A stretch of 63,035 bases of DNA from Bdellovibrionota bacterium (GTDB lineage Bacteria > Bdellovibrionota_C > UBA2361 > OMII01). The position numbers and the translations under genes were made by a program. Location of the stretch: NCBI GenBank assembly GCA_044356215.1, contig JBIKWQ010000008.1:1-63035 (forward strand). The letters run 5' to 3'. How positions within the stretch are numbered: the stretch's first letter is position 1; the number at the start of each line of letters is the position of its first letter. Positions 18,985 through 29,586 of this stretch are shown here, one piece after another. Below the pieces are notes generated by a model. The model ran no database searches. It was not told the origin of the DNA and worked only from the letters and a program-made list of their open reading frames with translations.

Positions 18985-20649
18985 ATGGTGTTACTTACCG
19001 CGAGTCAAACGCGGAGATTAAAAGAGCTCGATGTAGAGCTACTACAGAAATTTGAGGGGAGATATCCGCATTTAAAACGCCGTTGCGATTGGAGGAGCTC
19101 GCAGGTTAGAGAGTTGGTCACCTCTTATGGGTTGGACCTCTCCGGGTTAGCGAAGATAGAGGCGGTCGCGCGAAAGAAGGGCCTTTTTGATATTCGGATA
19201 GAGAGGCGCAGGTGGCTCGATTCAGATGGGGAGCGGAGAACCTTCACGCTGGCTAGAGCCACGAGCACGGATATGTATCCGATGGGTACTAATTATTGGG
19301 TTCGTGATAACGCGATTATCGGAGCTAGGCTGATAAGATCCGCAGATCGCAGTGAGCGAAAGAAGGGAAAAGAGCTCCTTATCTCGTGCCTTAGCTTTAT
19401 GTCATCAGTGGCGCAACTAAAGCGCTTCGAGAAGGTCATCAGATCGCAAGAAAAGAGTTTTATCGATAACTGCGACAATTGGCCGCACATCTTCGCCGCA
19501 GTAGCGGATAATCTAAACACAGCGCGCGATGAGGGATGGTCACATAAACAGGACGCCTGGCAGATCTTGGCATGGAACGTCCTTGAAGAGTTAGAGCATG
19601 GTCGAATAAAGCTCTCGGAGCTAACCGTTAAAAATAAGCGATTTTTAGGGCTAATTGTGCCGTTTTTAGCGAAGGTGTCGTTCTGGAACTGTGAGAACAG
19701 TGGCTCCTGGGAAGAGATCGCGGCAGTTAGAACATCAGTGAGAGCTTGGGATCACAGATTGATAGTAAGGATAGCCCAACTTTCGAATGACAAGGGTTTT
19801 GAATTCCTAAATTCGTCATACGCGCGATACAAAAGATATCTCACGCCCAAACTTCATAAATTCGATCTGAGAGGCGCCGTACATTCTCTGAGTAAAGAGG
19901 TGTCACGGGTGATCTTAAGGGATCTTCCGTTTGAGAGTCCGATGTACCCACGTAAGGACGCCCGATTCAGGGAGGAAGACGCCTCATTGATCTATCTGTT
20001 ACAGATGGATTACATCCCTTTCTTGGCGGAGCGATTGGGTAAAGATCGCAAGTGGGAGAGGAAGCTTGAGGAGCGAATACTCGCAGGCGTGTTTAAACTG
20101 CAAGACGATCGTAGCGGCGGGATATACCGTTATAAGCGGGATACTTACCAGCGTGTGAGTTTCTTTCGGCATTTAACGGCGGCTAAGTTAGTCGCGGTTT
20201 ACGGCGTGCCGTCAGGTGACGCGAGCGGCAATTTCGCTTATCGGCATCACTTAGTACCGAAGGGACGCCAAGCGGCGTGGACGCACCCGCTATGGCAGTT
20301 AGCGGCCTGGTCAGCGAGGCGTTTTATAGCGACTAAGGACAAAAGCTATAAGAAGTTACATAACGAGCTCTTCATTACGGGATTAAAGTTAATTACCGGA
20401 AGAGATGATGGAAGCTTTGATATAGATCAGAGAGGAAAAACGCGGATAATCAAGATCCCCGCGTGGCGAATGCCCGAGTGCTATATCGCTGATACAACTA
20501 ATTCCGGGGTCGAGATGGTATTCCCATCGCCGCATACACCCTTAAATTGGGCTACAGCAGAGATGATGGACGCGTTTTGGGCTCGTCGAGATCTGCTAAT
20601 CTCGGATTTGACAGGGCGTCGCAGTGTTTTTGGTAAGCTGCTGGGATGA
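18985..20649 (+). CDS. GH15-like / phosphorylase-kinase alpha-beta-like six-hairpin protein
   Basis: 'YWVRDN', 'HKQDA', 'SGSWEE', 'GIYRYKRDTY', 'PECY', 'PLNWATA'; start reassigned to ATG 18985. Confidence 0.7.
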   Translation: MVLLTASQTRRLKELDVELLQKFEGRYPHLKRRCDWRSSQVRELVTSYGLDLSGLAKIEAVARKKGLFDIRIERRRWLDSDGERRTFTLARATSTDMYPMGTNYWVRDNAIIGARLIRSADRSERKKGKELLISCLSFMSSVAQLKRFEKVIRSQEKSFIDNCDNWPHIFAAVADNLNTARDEGWSHKQDAWQILAWNVLEELEHGRIKLSELTVKNKRFLGLIVPFLAKVSFWNCENSGSWEEIAAVRTSVRAWDHRLIVRIAQLSNDKGFEFLNSSYARYKRYLTPKLHKFDLRGAVHSLSKEVSRVILRDLPFESPMYPRKDARFREEDASLIYLLQMDYIPFLAERLGKDRKWERKLEERILAGVFKLQDDRSGGIYRYKRDTYQRVSFFRHLTAAKLVAVYGVPSGDASGNFAYRHHLVPKGRQAAWTHPLWQLAAWSARRFIATKDKSYKKLHNELFITGLKLITGRDDGSFDIDQRGKTRIIKIPAWRMPECYIADTTNSGVEMVFPSPHTPLNWATAEMMDAFWARRDLLISDLTGRRSVFGKLLG

Positions 20650-20775
20650 TTAGTAAATTATTTTTTACCACAGAGGACGCAGAGGACACAGAGAAAAACC
20701 CCATAAGTGCCCATAAAATGGCTGTTCTCTGTGTCCTCTGCGTCCTCTGTGGTGATAAAGAACTGCGACGCACTA
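20612..20775 (+). mobile_element. MITE copy 1 (164 bp)
   Basis: Ends CAGGGCGTCGCAGT / ACTGCGACGCACTA; 9-bp direct repeat CGGATTTGA at 20603-20611 and 20776-20784; internal perfect 29-bp arms 20667-20695/20725-20753. Confidence 0.9.
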
Positions 20776-20841
20776 CGGATTTGAAAAGTGCTGACTAATA
20801 GTTAAGAATACAGAGCAAGTTTCTGGGAGTATGGAGCAGTT

Positions 20842-22353
20842 ATGACAACAGATCATGGACAGGTAAACGAAGTTGAAGAGGCGATTGATCACGTAGCCGA
20901 GCGAGCGAATCGCCTAGCCAAACTAGAGAACTTTAAGAAGGCGGGGATCCACCCATACCCAGCGCGCTTTGAGAAGGCCCTTGATATAGAGCAGGTCTTA
21001 ACGCGTAGCGAGACCGAGCCGGTGGCGACCGCTGGAAGGATCATGTTGTTTCGACAGATGGGAAGCATCACCTTCGCGCATATCCAGGATTTCACCGGCC
21101 GGATGCAAGTGGTTTTTAAGAAGGATCTCTTGGGAGAGGAGCTCTATAAGCTGGTTACCAAGAACCACGATCTAGGCGATTTTATCGGTGTAGAGGGGAC
21201 GATCTTCACCACTAAAACTGGAGAGAAGTCGGTGCTTGTTCAGACCTGGACATTTCTGGGCAAGGCTTTGTTGCCACCCCCGGGAAAATTTCATGGATTA
21301 AAAGACCGAGAGGTGCTGCACCGTAAGCGTTATCTCGATCTAATGACGAATCAGGATACACGAGCGCGCTTCGCGTTTCGATCTAATTTCATCAGAGCGA
21401 TGCGTGAGTTTTATTGGCGACAGGGTTTCCACGAGGTGGAGACATCGACTCTTATGCATCATGCCACCGGCGCGGCTGCTCGTCCTTATCACACACATAA
21501 TAACGCGTTAGATATAGATCTCGTTCTTCGTATCTCGCATGAGCTCCCGCTTAAGGAACTCGTAGTTGGTGGATTCGAGCGGGTATTTGAGCTTGGGAAG
21601 GCGTTTAGAAATGAGGGACACGATCCATCTCATCTCCCGGAGCACACACACCTTGAGCACTACGCAGCGTACTGGAGCTTTGAGGATAATATCCGTTTTA
21701 CAGAGAGTATGTTCGATTACCTCTTCGAGACCCTCAAGTTACCGAAGATTCTAGCCCTCAAAGATCGTGATGGCAAGGAGCATCAGGTTGATTGGAGCAC
21801 GCCGTGGCCCAGGGTTAACTATATTGAGTTAATCAAGACTGACACTGGGATCGATGTGATGAGTTATTCATCCGCTGATACGCTACGTGCGGATATTAAG
21901 GCGCGTGGGATCGAGTTTGAGGGGATGCGTGAGATGGGGCTGACCTCATTGATCGATAATCTCTACAAGAAGGTGAGTCGTCCGAAATTGATTCAACCGA
22001 CGATACTCTTTAACTATCCGAAGATCCTGCAGCCGCTAGCTCGTGTAAACGATCAGAGCGCTGATTTAGTCGATCAGTTTCAGCTAGTAGTGAATGGATG
22101 GGAGATCGTAAAAGCTTACTCAGAGTTGGTTGATCCGATTGATCAGCGAGAGCGCTTCGTGCAACAGGCCGAGCAACGTCAAGCTGGCGATGATGAGGCG
22201 ATGGATATGGATGAGGGATACCTTACGGCGATGGAGCACGGCATGCCACCGATCAGCGGCTGGGGTATGGGAGTAGATCGAGTTCTAGCTCTTCTCACAG
22301 GCCAAGATAACCTGCGTGATGTCGTGCTCTTCCCACTGATGCGACCTGAGTGA
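20842..22353 (+). CDS. lysS: lysine--tRNA ligase (class II)
   Basis: 'RKRYLDL', 'GAAARPYHTHNNAL', 'GGFERVFELGKAFRNEG', 'HGMPPISGWGMGVDR', 'VVLFPLMRPE'. Confidence 0.97.
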   Translation: MTTDHGQVNEVEEAIDHVAERANRLAKLENFKKAGIHPYPARFEKALDIEQVLTRSETEPVATAGRIMLFRQMGSITFAHIQDFTGRMQVVFKKDLLGEELYKLVTKNHDLGDFIGVEGTIFTTKTGEKSVLVQTWTFLGKALLPPPGKFHGLKDREVLHRKRYLDLMTNQDTRARFAFRSNFIRAMREFYWRQGFHEVETSTLMHHATGAAARPYHTHNNALDIDLVLRISHELPLKELVVGGFERVFELGKAFRNEGHDPSHLPEHTHLEHYAAYWSFEDNIRFTESMFDYLFETLKLPKILALKDRDGKEHQVDWSTPWPRVNYIELIKTDTGIDVMSYSSADTLRADIKARGIEFEGMREMGLTSLIDNLYKKVSRPKLIQPTILFNYPKILQPLARVNDQSADLVDQFQLVVNGWEIVKAYSELVDPIDQRERFVQQAEQRQAGDDEAMDMDEGYLTAMEHGMPPISGWGMGVDRVLALLTGQDNLRDVVLFPLMRPE

Positions 22354-24692
22354 TGGTTAGTGATATGACTCACCAAAAGGTTTCCGTTGATTCTTTGCCA
22401 CCGGTGTTGTTTTTTCTGGTGCGTAAAGGCGGCGCTTCAGCGCAATCCGGTGAGTACCGCTCGGATCTTAGCTGGGGTGAGTTTGATAGTTTAAAAGTTA
22501 GAGCAATTCAGGATCTGTACTTCGATCCACGCGCGTCAAAGCGGGTGATCTACGCGTTCACAGCCGAGCCGCCACACGGAGAGCAGGTAACTGTGATTTC
22601 ATTGCCGACGCAGTTGGCTTTGGAGCAGGTGTTTTCGCACATCTCTGAACCGGTTGATTTGGTCCTAAATCCTCGTGATAACTGCCCACACGCGGCGATC
22701 CCACAGAGTGGCCTTGATTTCTCGGTTCCAGGGGATTTTGAGGCGAGCGTGGAGTTAAAGCGCGAAGAGCTTCCAGCGCTGATCGGAGGAATGATCGCTC
22801 AAAGTAAGGGCGATCGATTAGCCGCGTGTCAGGCGGCGCTTAAGCGGGGATCTTATTTCGAGTGCTATTACCTGGCTAATCGTGAGCGTTTAATAAATCC
22901 GAGTGAAAAATCACCGTGGTTTTACGAACTATTCGCTTACAGCTTTTTCGGTTCGGCGAATGAGGCGCTAAATCTTTACGAGAGTTATCCAGGGCAGGGG
23001 GGATCAGATCCCCTCTCACAACTTCTCGCCGCCAGATACCGCCTATTACTAAAACAGCTTAATGAGGCGCGCACGATACTGCACACCCTTTCGTTTAACG
23101 CCGATTGGGGAGCTTTAGCGTCGTGTGAATTGGCTCGATCTTACCTGATTGATAAACAATTCTCGCGCGCTTTGGATGCGGCGAACGCGGCGCTTAAGCA
23201 TGACCCAGACCTCCGAGAAGCTTACATCTTAAGAGGCTCCGCCACCCGAGGTATCTCGTATGAAGCCGGAGAGGTTGAGAGCTTAAAGGAGTCATACGGT
23301 GATTTTGAGCGAGTCGCCAAACTAGGAGGATATGGGGCGGCGGAGGCGATCTATCACGCGGGGACTATTCTTGCTCGGCTAGGGGCGCTAAGTGACGCGG
23401 AGAACGCCTTTAGACAATCGCTTTTTCAGAGAGATCGTGTCACAGCCAGGGACGCGCTAATCAGGATCCTCTGCGCGCAAGGGAAGGGAGCGACTGCTAA
23501 CGCGGAATTAAAGGCGTTAGAGAGGCTTGTACCAAACTACGGAGCTAAGCTTAGAGCTGAGGTAGGCGCGTCTTTGACTGACCAGGATAGTTCTCCTAAG
23601 GGCGCGGATCCTGAATCGAGATCGACGAGCGGGTCAATGGGCTCCACAACGCAGGTGCGCGAGTGCTCTGAGCTTTGGTCAGAGGATTTAAATGGAGCGA
23701 TTAGCACGGCGATAGAGCTACTTAAAGTTTGGGATGTTCCATTAAGCGGTTCTATTGCTAATTTCGCCCTCTTAGATGATCTAATCAATTATTTCGCTCC
23801 AGATGGTGATTTCCCGAAAAGTGGGCGGTTTTCTGAGCTTTCAAAGGTCGGGTCGGATGTCACGGCACGCGCCTTGGCGTTGCACTTAGGAGATCTCTTG
23901 GCGCGCAGAGGTGGTGGGGAGTTAGCGTTTGCTGAGTCAGGTTCTAAGGATCTAGTTCTGCTGCGAAACGGGGTAACTATACCTCTGGAGGGGTTTGTCA
24001 GGGATCGCGTTCTGCTAGGGGCTAGTGGAGATAATTTCTCGTCATTGGAGTCATTGGCTCTCGAATTAATTTTACCTGATTCTAATAAGCCAGATAATCA
24101 AGTTAACTCCTGGTGGCAGGAGGCGACTGATGCGCGACAGGCTCAATTTAACGCCGAGGTTGTGTGGGTTACTGATAAATTAAAAGATTTTGGGGTGAAG
24201 CTCGATGGTTCTCTGGGGGATCTAGAGACGCTTGACCGCTGGATCGATGGAGTATTTGAGCCCGGTGGCACTTTAAAGAATTCCCGAGCAGTAGCGGAGG
24301 AGGAGCTGCAGTTAGATAGACTGGTAACCGCGGTCGGTTTACTCCTCGGCGATAGGACCAAGAGGGCCTTAGCCGCTAACTGGTATGATCACGAAAAGCC
24401 CGAGGGGATCTCGCTATGGAACAGGGCACTTGGCAGGCTGTTTCCCGTAGCCAAAGCTCAACGTAGAATATATCTCGCATCGGCGGCTGATTTTTCCGCG
24501 AAATTTGGGGGGCTGGCTTGGTCAGTGGCTGTCGCCGCGGCTACCGAAGGGGTGCGGAGTGGAAAGTTAGCGGGACATGAGGCGGTTAAGGGCGCGTTGC
24601 TTGAGTTGCTGCCTAGCATGGGGGAATTTCCAGAAACAGAGTTGTCAGGTGTCGTGGATTCGTTATTAATAGGGGCGAGTCTGCGCTCTTGA
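22350..24692 (+). CDS. TPR-repeat protein with two C-terminal DUF3806-like repeats
   Basis: TPR-like helices 'ALDAANAALKHDPDLREAYILRG'; repeats 'LSGSIANFALLDDLI..LGDLL' and 'LDGSLGDLETLDRWI..LGDRT'. Confidence 0.55.
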   Translation: MMVSDMTHQKVSVDSLPPVLFFLVRKGGASAQSGEYRSDLSWGEFDSLKVRAIQDLYFDPRASKRVIYAFTAEPPHGEQVTVISLPTQLALEQVFSHISEPVDLVLNPRDNCPHAAIPQSGLDFSVPGDFEASVELKREELPALIGGMIAQSKGDRLAACQAALKRGSYFECYYLANRERLINPSEKSPWFYELFAYSFFGSANEALNLYESYPGQGGSDPLSQLLAARYRLLLKQLNEARTILHTLSFNADWGALASCELARSYLIDKQFSRALDAANAALKHDPDLREAYILRGSATRGISYEAGEVESLKESYGDFERVAKLGGYGAAEAIYHAGTILARLGALSDAENAFRQSLFQRDRVTARDALIRILCAQGKGATANAELKALERLVPNYGAKLRAEVGASLTDQDSSPKGADPESRSTSGSMGSTTQVRECSELWSEDLNGAISTAIELLKVWDVPLSGSIANFALLDDLINYFAPDGDFPKSGRFSELSKVGSDVTARALALHLGDLLARRGGGELAFAESGSKDLVLLRNGVTIPLEGFVRDRVLLGASGDNFSSLESLALELILPDSNKPDNQVNSWWQEATDARQAQFNAEVVWVTDKLKDFGVKLDGSLGDLETLDRWIDGVFEPGGTLKNSRAVAEEELQLDRLVTAVGLLLGDRTKRALAANWYDHEKPEGISLWNRALGRLFPVAKAQRRIYLASAADFSAKFGGLAWSVAVAAATEGVRSGKLAGHEAVKGALLELLPSMGEFPETELSGVVDSLLIGASLRS

Positions 24693-24737
24693 AAAACGAA
24701 GCCAGAGTGCGCAAAAGATAAGCCTTAACAATTTTAG

Positions 24738-25493
24738 GTGCGAACGATGATTGAAGTTAACAATCTATCTAAATCTTACGGGGATTATAAAGCGGTTTCA
24801 GACGTTACTTTCTCCGCCACAAAGGGGCAGATAGTTGGATTTCTTGGGCCAAACGGAGCGGGAAAGACCACCACTATCAGGATGCTCGCTACCTACCTTC
24901 CACCATCGGCTGGTAAGGCGACGATAGCGGGGTTCGATGTCGTTTCTCAAGCCGATGAGGTTCGTAAGCGGATCGGTTATCTCCCAGAGAATCCCCCACT
25001 CTATCCTGAGATGACGGTGCGTGAATACTTGAAGTTTATCGCCGAGATAAAAGGTGTCCCGCGCGTTGAGATGAGGGATCGGATCGATAGTGTCATGGAG
25101 CGGTGTTTTGTCGCTGATGTGAGAAATAAGCTCTGTCAGCACCTTTCACGTGGATATAGGCAACGAGTCGGGTTGGCGCAGGCTATTATCCATGAGCCAA
25201 GCGTAATTATTCTTGATGAGCCAACAAGTGGACTCGATCCGAAACAGATTATCGAGATCCGTCAACTCATCCGATCGCTAGGCGAGTCGCACACAGTTTT
25301 ACTCAGCACCCACATACTCCCAGAGGTGTCGATGGTGTGTAACAAGGTGGTGATAATCAATCGAGGTCGAGTTGTAATCGAGAGCATGCTGAACCAGCTA
25401 ACTCGCGAGAAAGATCTTGAACAGATATTCCTTGAGAGCGTAAGCCGCGAGGATGATATTGAATCACGTGGAGAGATTAGCCTCGCTTCTTAG
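24738..25493 (+). CDS. ABC transporter ATP-binding protein (GldA-like)
   Basis: Walker A 'GPNGAGKTT', 'LSRGYRQRVGLAQA', 'ILDEPTSGLDP', 'LSTHILPEV'. Confidence 0.95.
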   Translation: MRTMIEVNNLSKSYGDYKAVSDVTFSATKGQIVGFLGPNGAGKTTTIRMLATYLPPSAGKATIAGFDVVSQADEVRKRIGYLPENPPLYPEMTVREYLKFIAEIKGVPRVEMRDRIDSVMERCFVADVRNKLCQHLSRGYRQRVGLAQAIIHEPSVIILDEPTSGLDPKQIIEIRQLIRSLGESHTVLLSTHILPEVSMVCNKVVIINRGRVVIESMLNQLTREKDLEQIFLESVSREDDIESRGEISLAS

Positions 25494-25535
25494 TTTTGTG
25501 TCGCGTATTCTTGTTTGAGATTTAAGGTGTAATTT

Positions 25536-26309
25536 ATGCGAAATATCTTAGCGATCTGTAAGCGTGAGCTGCTTTCGTTTTTTGTGTCGCCGATAGCCTA
25601 CTTTGTTATCACTGGCTTCGCGCTCTTAGTTGGGTTCTTCTTCTTCAATTACCTGGCGTTCTTCGCTCGAGAGTTTGAGATGTCGCAGATGATGGCGTTT
25701 AGAGGACGTGGAGAGCTCCCTAATTTGAATCAACTCGTAGTTGAGGGATTGTTTCAAACTATGGTGGTGATCCTGGTTTTTCTGATTCCGCTGCTGACTA
25801 TGAGGATCATCGCCGAGGAGAAGAGGCGTGGAACCTTTGAGTTGTTGATCACTTCACCCGTGTCAGTCACGGAGTTAGTGCTAGGGAAATTTTTGAGCTT
25901 AGCGGTGGTGATAGTGGTTATGCTGGGAATTAGCTTCGTATTTCCGCTGCTTTTAATGGTCTATGGAAATCCAGAAGTTCCACCGATAATTTCAGGATTC
26001 TTCGGTGTGGTGTTGTGCGCTCTCGGTTTCGCTAGTATCGGAATGGCCGTCTCGTCATTCACTGAAAATCAGATCGTCGCTGGTGTTAGTAGCATGGTAG
26101 TTTTGCTCCTGCTTTATGTAATTCAGGCTCCAGCGGAGTCTTTAGGTGGCACATCAGCGGAGGTTCTGCGTTACCTCTCGCCGATCGATCAGGTGCAGCA
26201 GTTTTTACGTGGGGTGATCTCCCTTAAGTCAGTGACGTATTTCGTTAGCTTGATTTTATTAGGGATCTTTTTGTCGCAGCGCGCGCTAGAGGCGCATCGC
26301 TGGAGGTAG
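25536..26309 (+). CDS. ABC-2 permease (GldF-like)
   Basis: 'RELLSFFVSPIAY', 'AEEKRRGTFELLITSP', 'TENQIVA'. Confidence 0.9.
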   Translation: MRNILAICKRELLSFFVSPIAYFVITGFALLVGFFFFNYLAFFAREFEMSQMMAFRGRGELPNLNQLVVEGLFQTMVVILVFLIPLLTMRIIAEEKRRGTFELLITSPVSVTELVLGKFLSLAVVIVVMLGISFVFPLLLMVYGNPEVPPIISGFFGVVLCALGFASIGMAVSSFTENQIVAGVSSMVVLLLLYVIQAPAESLGGTSAEVLRYLSPIDQVQQFLRGVISLKSVTYFVSLILLGIFLSQRALEAHRWR

Positions 26310-26342
26310 TTAGCTTAAGGTTTGATGTAGAGGAGAAGATAT

Positions 26343-27959
26343 ATGGAGACAGCTCTTCGTTTTTGTGGGTATATCGGCGCTACGCTGATCTTATTCGGTG
26401 TCTTGGGCGCGGTTTTGGTTGGCTCTTTTGTATCGCAGCCGATACTCCTTTTGCACATAGTATTAGGGGTGCTCTGCCTAGTGGCTTGGGGTCTGACCTC
26501 AGGTTTGACCAGCTTGAGCAAGGCTAAAGGGGCGTTGACTGGAAGAACCGCTCGTTTTGGTGCTCACGCGGTTGCTTATTCCGTTGTCGCCGCCGGACTT
26601 CTGATTGTCGCGAATATCTTTATCGCGCTGAATGAGAAGCGTTGGGACCTAACAGAGCAAGGAGTGTATAGCCTCTCACCGAAATCGGTGAAGATCGTAG
26701 CGGGTCTGCAAAAGCCGCTTAAATTAATAGCGTTAAAGGCCCCGCAAGCGCACAACGAAGAACAGACACGTGAGTTATTTCAGCTATACAAGTACGCTAA
26801 TGATAAGCGGGTGAGCTTTGATATCATCGATCCACGGGTTAAGCCGGTCGAGGTTGATTCGATGGGGATGAAAGCCGGAAATCTGCTCTATGTTGAGTAC
26901 GGAGAGGGCGACACTAAGGCGGTAAATCGTTTGAATCAGATCGATGAGCAATCGATCACTAATGCTGTTATTAAACTCTCTAGGGGAGAGTCGAAGAAGC
27001 TTTATTACGTTCAAGGTCACGGAGAACCATCTCTTGAATCACAAGACGTTGGTGGGATGAAGGAGTTCGCTGACGCGTTAGAGGATGAGCATATAAAGAT
27101 AGAGGGGCTATTATTGGCGCAAACCGGAAGTGTGCCAACGGACGCGGCGGCGGTGGTTCTAGCCGCGCCATCAAAGTCAATCCCTCAATCAGAGCGTGAC
27201 GCGCTGATTAAGTATGCTAAAGATGGTGGTCGTCTGGTGCTATTCGCGAATCCAGAGGATCGTCAGTCAGATGATGTTCGAACGATAGCGAAGGAGTTCG
27301 GGATAACGGTCGGTGATGATGTGATTCTCGATCAGCAGCTTAGATTGTTCGCTGGACCTCAGTTAGCGGTGCAGTTTCTGGCGCAGCAGTTTTCAGCTCA
27401 TCCGATCACAACTGGAATGACCAACGCCGAGCCGTTGGTGTTCACATTCGCTTCTAGTGTAGTAGCTCCTGCGTCACCTGAGGCGGGCTCTACCTACGTA
27501 GAGTTGGTCAAATCGGGAAATAACTCGTGGGGGGAGAAGAACCTGACAGCGCTCTTTGATCCGGCAGGAGCTAATGCATCTCTAGATCCAGATGATTTGA
27601 AGGGTCCGGTTTCGATCGCGGTGGCGATGGAGCGTCAGATTAAAGCTGCTGATAAATCGAAGGTTGACGAGCCAAGCTTCTCGACGATGAGTCGGGTGGT
27701 TGTTTTCGGGGATGTAACGTGGGCTCAGAACGGCAACCTCTCAGCGATGGGTAATCGTGATATGGCGCTTAACTCCATAAATTGGACGGTCGGTGAAGAG
27801 GGCGGAGTAGCGATCGGACCTAAGAGCATCAGGGCGTCTGCCGCTCCGATACCGCAGGCCACCTTTAATGTTATTTTGGCGCTGAGCTTCCTTGGACCAG
27901 AGTTGATTCTTCTCTTTGGCCTCTTTGTTTGGTGGAGACGCCGGGCGAGCTTAGCTTAG
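26343..27959 (+). CDS. ABC auxiliary component (GldG-like)
   Basis: 'WDLTEQGVYSLS', 'YYVQGHGE', 'GNRDMALNSINW', C-terminal TM with 'WWRRR'. Confidence 0.88.
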   Translation: METALRFCGYIGATLILFGVLGAVLVGSFVSQPILLLHIVLGVLCLVAWGLTSGLTSLSKAKGALTGRTARFGAHAVAYSVVAAGLLIVANIFIALNEKRWDLTEQGVYSLSPKSVKIVAGLQKPLKLIALKAPQAHNEEQTRELFQLYKYANDKRVSFDIIDPRVKPVEVDSMGMKAGNLLYVEYGEGDTKAVNRLNQIDEQSITNAVIKLSRGESKKLYYVQGHGEPSLESQDVGGMKEFADALEDEHIKIEGLLLAQTGSVPTDAAAVVLAAPSKSIPQSERDALIKYAKDGGRLVLFANPEDRQSDDVRTIAKEFGITVGDDVILDQQLRLFAGPQLAVQFLAQQFSAHPITTGMTNAEPLVFTFASSVVAPASPEAGSTYVELVKSGNNSWGEKNLTALFDPAGANASLDPDDLKGPVSIAVAMERQIKAADKSKVDEPSFSTMSRVVVFGDVTWAQNGNLSAMGNRDMALNSINWTVGEEGGVAIGPKSIRASAAPIPQATFNVILALSFLGPELILLFGLFVWWRRRASLA

Positions 27960-27985
27960 CTGAATAGTGAACTGGAGGATGCGCG

Positions 27986-29425
27986 ATGAATCTTAAGAAG
28001 ACCTTACTTCTAACCGCGATACTCGCGGCTTCGGTGCTTTACTTAGTGAAGGTGACGCTCCCTCAGAGGGAACAAAAGGCGGCGGAGGGGAGAGCTTTCG
28101 CCGATTTCGACGAATCTAAATTGTCCAGCATCGACCTAAACCTCAGGGCTCTCGATGGCAGCACTGAGAGTTATTCGCTTGATCGCGGCGGTGTTGTGCC
28201 GAGTGAGCTTAATGATAACCTTGATTGGACTATGCGCGGGACCCAGGGAGCTGTCCTTGATGGTAACGTTGTGCGTGAGCTTATCAAGGGTGTAAAGGAT
28301 CTCGTGGTTGAGGAGGCGATCTCTGATCGTGATCTTAATCCGGATCTAAGTGTCTATGGATTGGACAAGCCGGTCTTAACGGTGGTCGCGAGTCAAGGTG
28401 TTGAACTCTCTCGCGAGATCGCTTTCGGTAAGCGCAGCGAATACCTCTCAAAGAGGTACGCCAAGGTTTCCGGTCGTTCAGGTGTTTTTCTTGTCGCCGA
28501 CGCCGCCTTCGCTCCTTTAAGCAAGAGTCGCAAAGATATTAGATCGAAAAATCCTATCCGCTTTAATGTCGCTGATATAAGAGAGGCTTTGCTAACTTCA
28601 TCGCAGGGGCGCATTAAGGTATCGCAACCAGTGGTCGGAGAGTGGAAGATCGTCGAACCCAAGGAGCTTCCGGCTTCAAAGGATAGTGTGGACGCGCTCT
28701 TTAACGCTTTAAAGGGTGTTACCGTGAGCGATTTTATCGATCTTAAAGATCTTGATCTCGGGCAGTATGGATTCAAATCACCGAGAGCCAATATCCACAT
28801 TCAGCTTCGCGAGGGGCTAGCGGTAAATCAGATCGCTTTCTCTCTCGCTAACGCCAACGCAGGAAAAGATGGTCCAGGTGACCTGTTCCTGCAGATGAGT
28901 GGTGTGGATACTCTCTTTAAGTTGGCGTCTGACCCATCAGCTTCTCTGGTGAAACGAGTTAATGATCTCCGCGAGACTGATATTTTGGGAGTGAAGGTCT
29001 CTGATCTAGATAATATAGTTTCTGAGGGAAGTGGCGTTACAGCGACGACGTTAGCTACAGCGGGTTTAGTGTGGACGGTAAACGGTAAAGATAGTGATCC
29101 GATCTTTATGGAGCAGTACTTAAAAGACCTAGTTGCTCTTAAAGCGGTGGATTTCCCTGAGTCTGTTCCCGCTGATGCTTTTGAGCCTCCTTTCTTAAAG
29201 CTCATTCTCACCCACAAGGGTTCTGACAAGAAGGTAACGACCCTTACGGTGGGTAAAGAGGTAACACCTGGAGCGAGCGACGTGACGCGTTATGTTAAAT
29301 CATCGCGGTCCGAGACGGTTTATGCCATTCGCGATGTAGAGGCGAAGAGGTTGGTGCCGCATGAGGAGGCTCTGGTGGCTAAGGCAACGCCAGCGCCGTC
29401 CGTGGCGGCAGCGGAGCGTAAATAA
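27986..29425 (+). CDS. DUF4340-like periplasmic protein (repeated domains)
   Basis: Signal anchor; repeated 'YGLDKP'/'YGFKSP' units; typical position after a GldG-like gene. Confidence 0.75.
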   Translation: MNLKKTLLLTAILAASVLYLVKVTLPQREQKAAEGRAFADFDESKLSSIDLNLRALDGSTESYSLDRGGVVPSELNDNLDWTMRGTQGAVLDGNVVRELIKGVKDLVVEEAISDRDLNPDLSVYGLDKPVLTVVASQGVELSREIAFGKRSEYLSKRYAKVSGRSGVFLVADAAFAPLSKSRKDIRSKNPIRFNVADIREALLTSSQGRIKVSQPVVGEWKIVEPKELPASKDSVDALFNALKGVTVSDFIDLKDLDLGQYGFKSPRANIHIQLREGLAVNQIAFSLANANAGKDGPGDLFLQMSGVDTLFKLASDPSASLVKRVNDLRETDILGVKVSDLDNIVSEGSGVTATTLATAGLVWTVNGKDSDPIFMEQYLKDLVALKAVDFPESVPADAFEPPFLKLILTHKGSDKKVTTLTVGKEVTPGASDVTRYVKSSRSETVYAIRDVEAKRLVPHEEALVAKATPAPSVAAAERK

Positions 29426-29586
29426 AGCTCGGGAAAAGTGAAAACCACCGAGCGACACAGAAGAGTTGTAGGCTCAATAGTGATCTAAAACCGACAGATT
29501 CCGACACGGTTTGATTAGGGGCCAAATTTGCCATATCTTATGTTATCTGACGGCAAGGCCTAAGCACCTTTATTTTTGGAGCTTTG

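Noticed and set aside
18805..18986. Apparent head-to-head overlap of the M42 and GH15-like ORFs
   Set aside because: Artefact of longest-ORF starts; ATG 18914(-) and ATG 18985(+) leave a normal 70-bp divergent gap
24738..29425. Gld-like ABC operon as evidence of Bacteroidota-type gliding
   Set aside because: This GldA/F/G plus DUF4340-like operon is widespread outside gliding bacteria; ordinary
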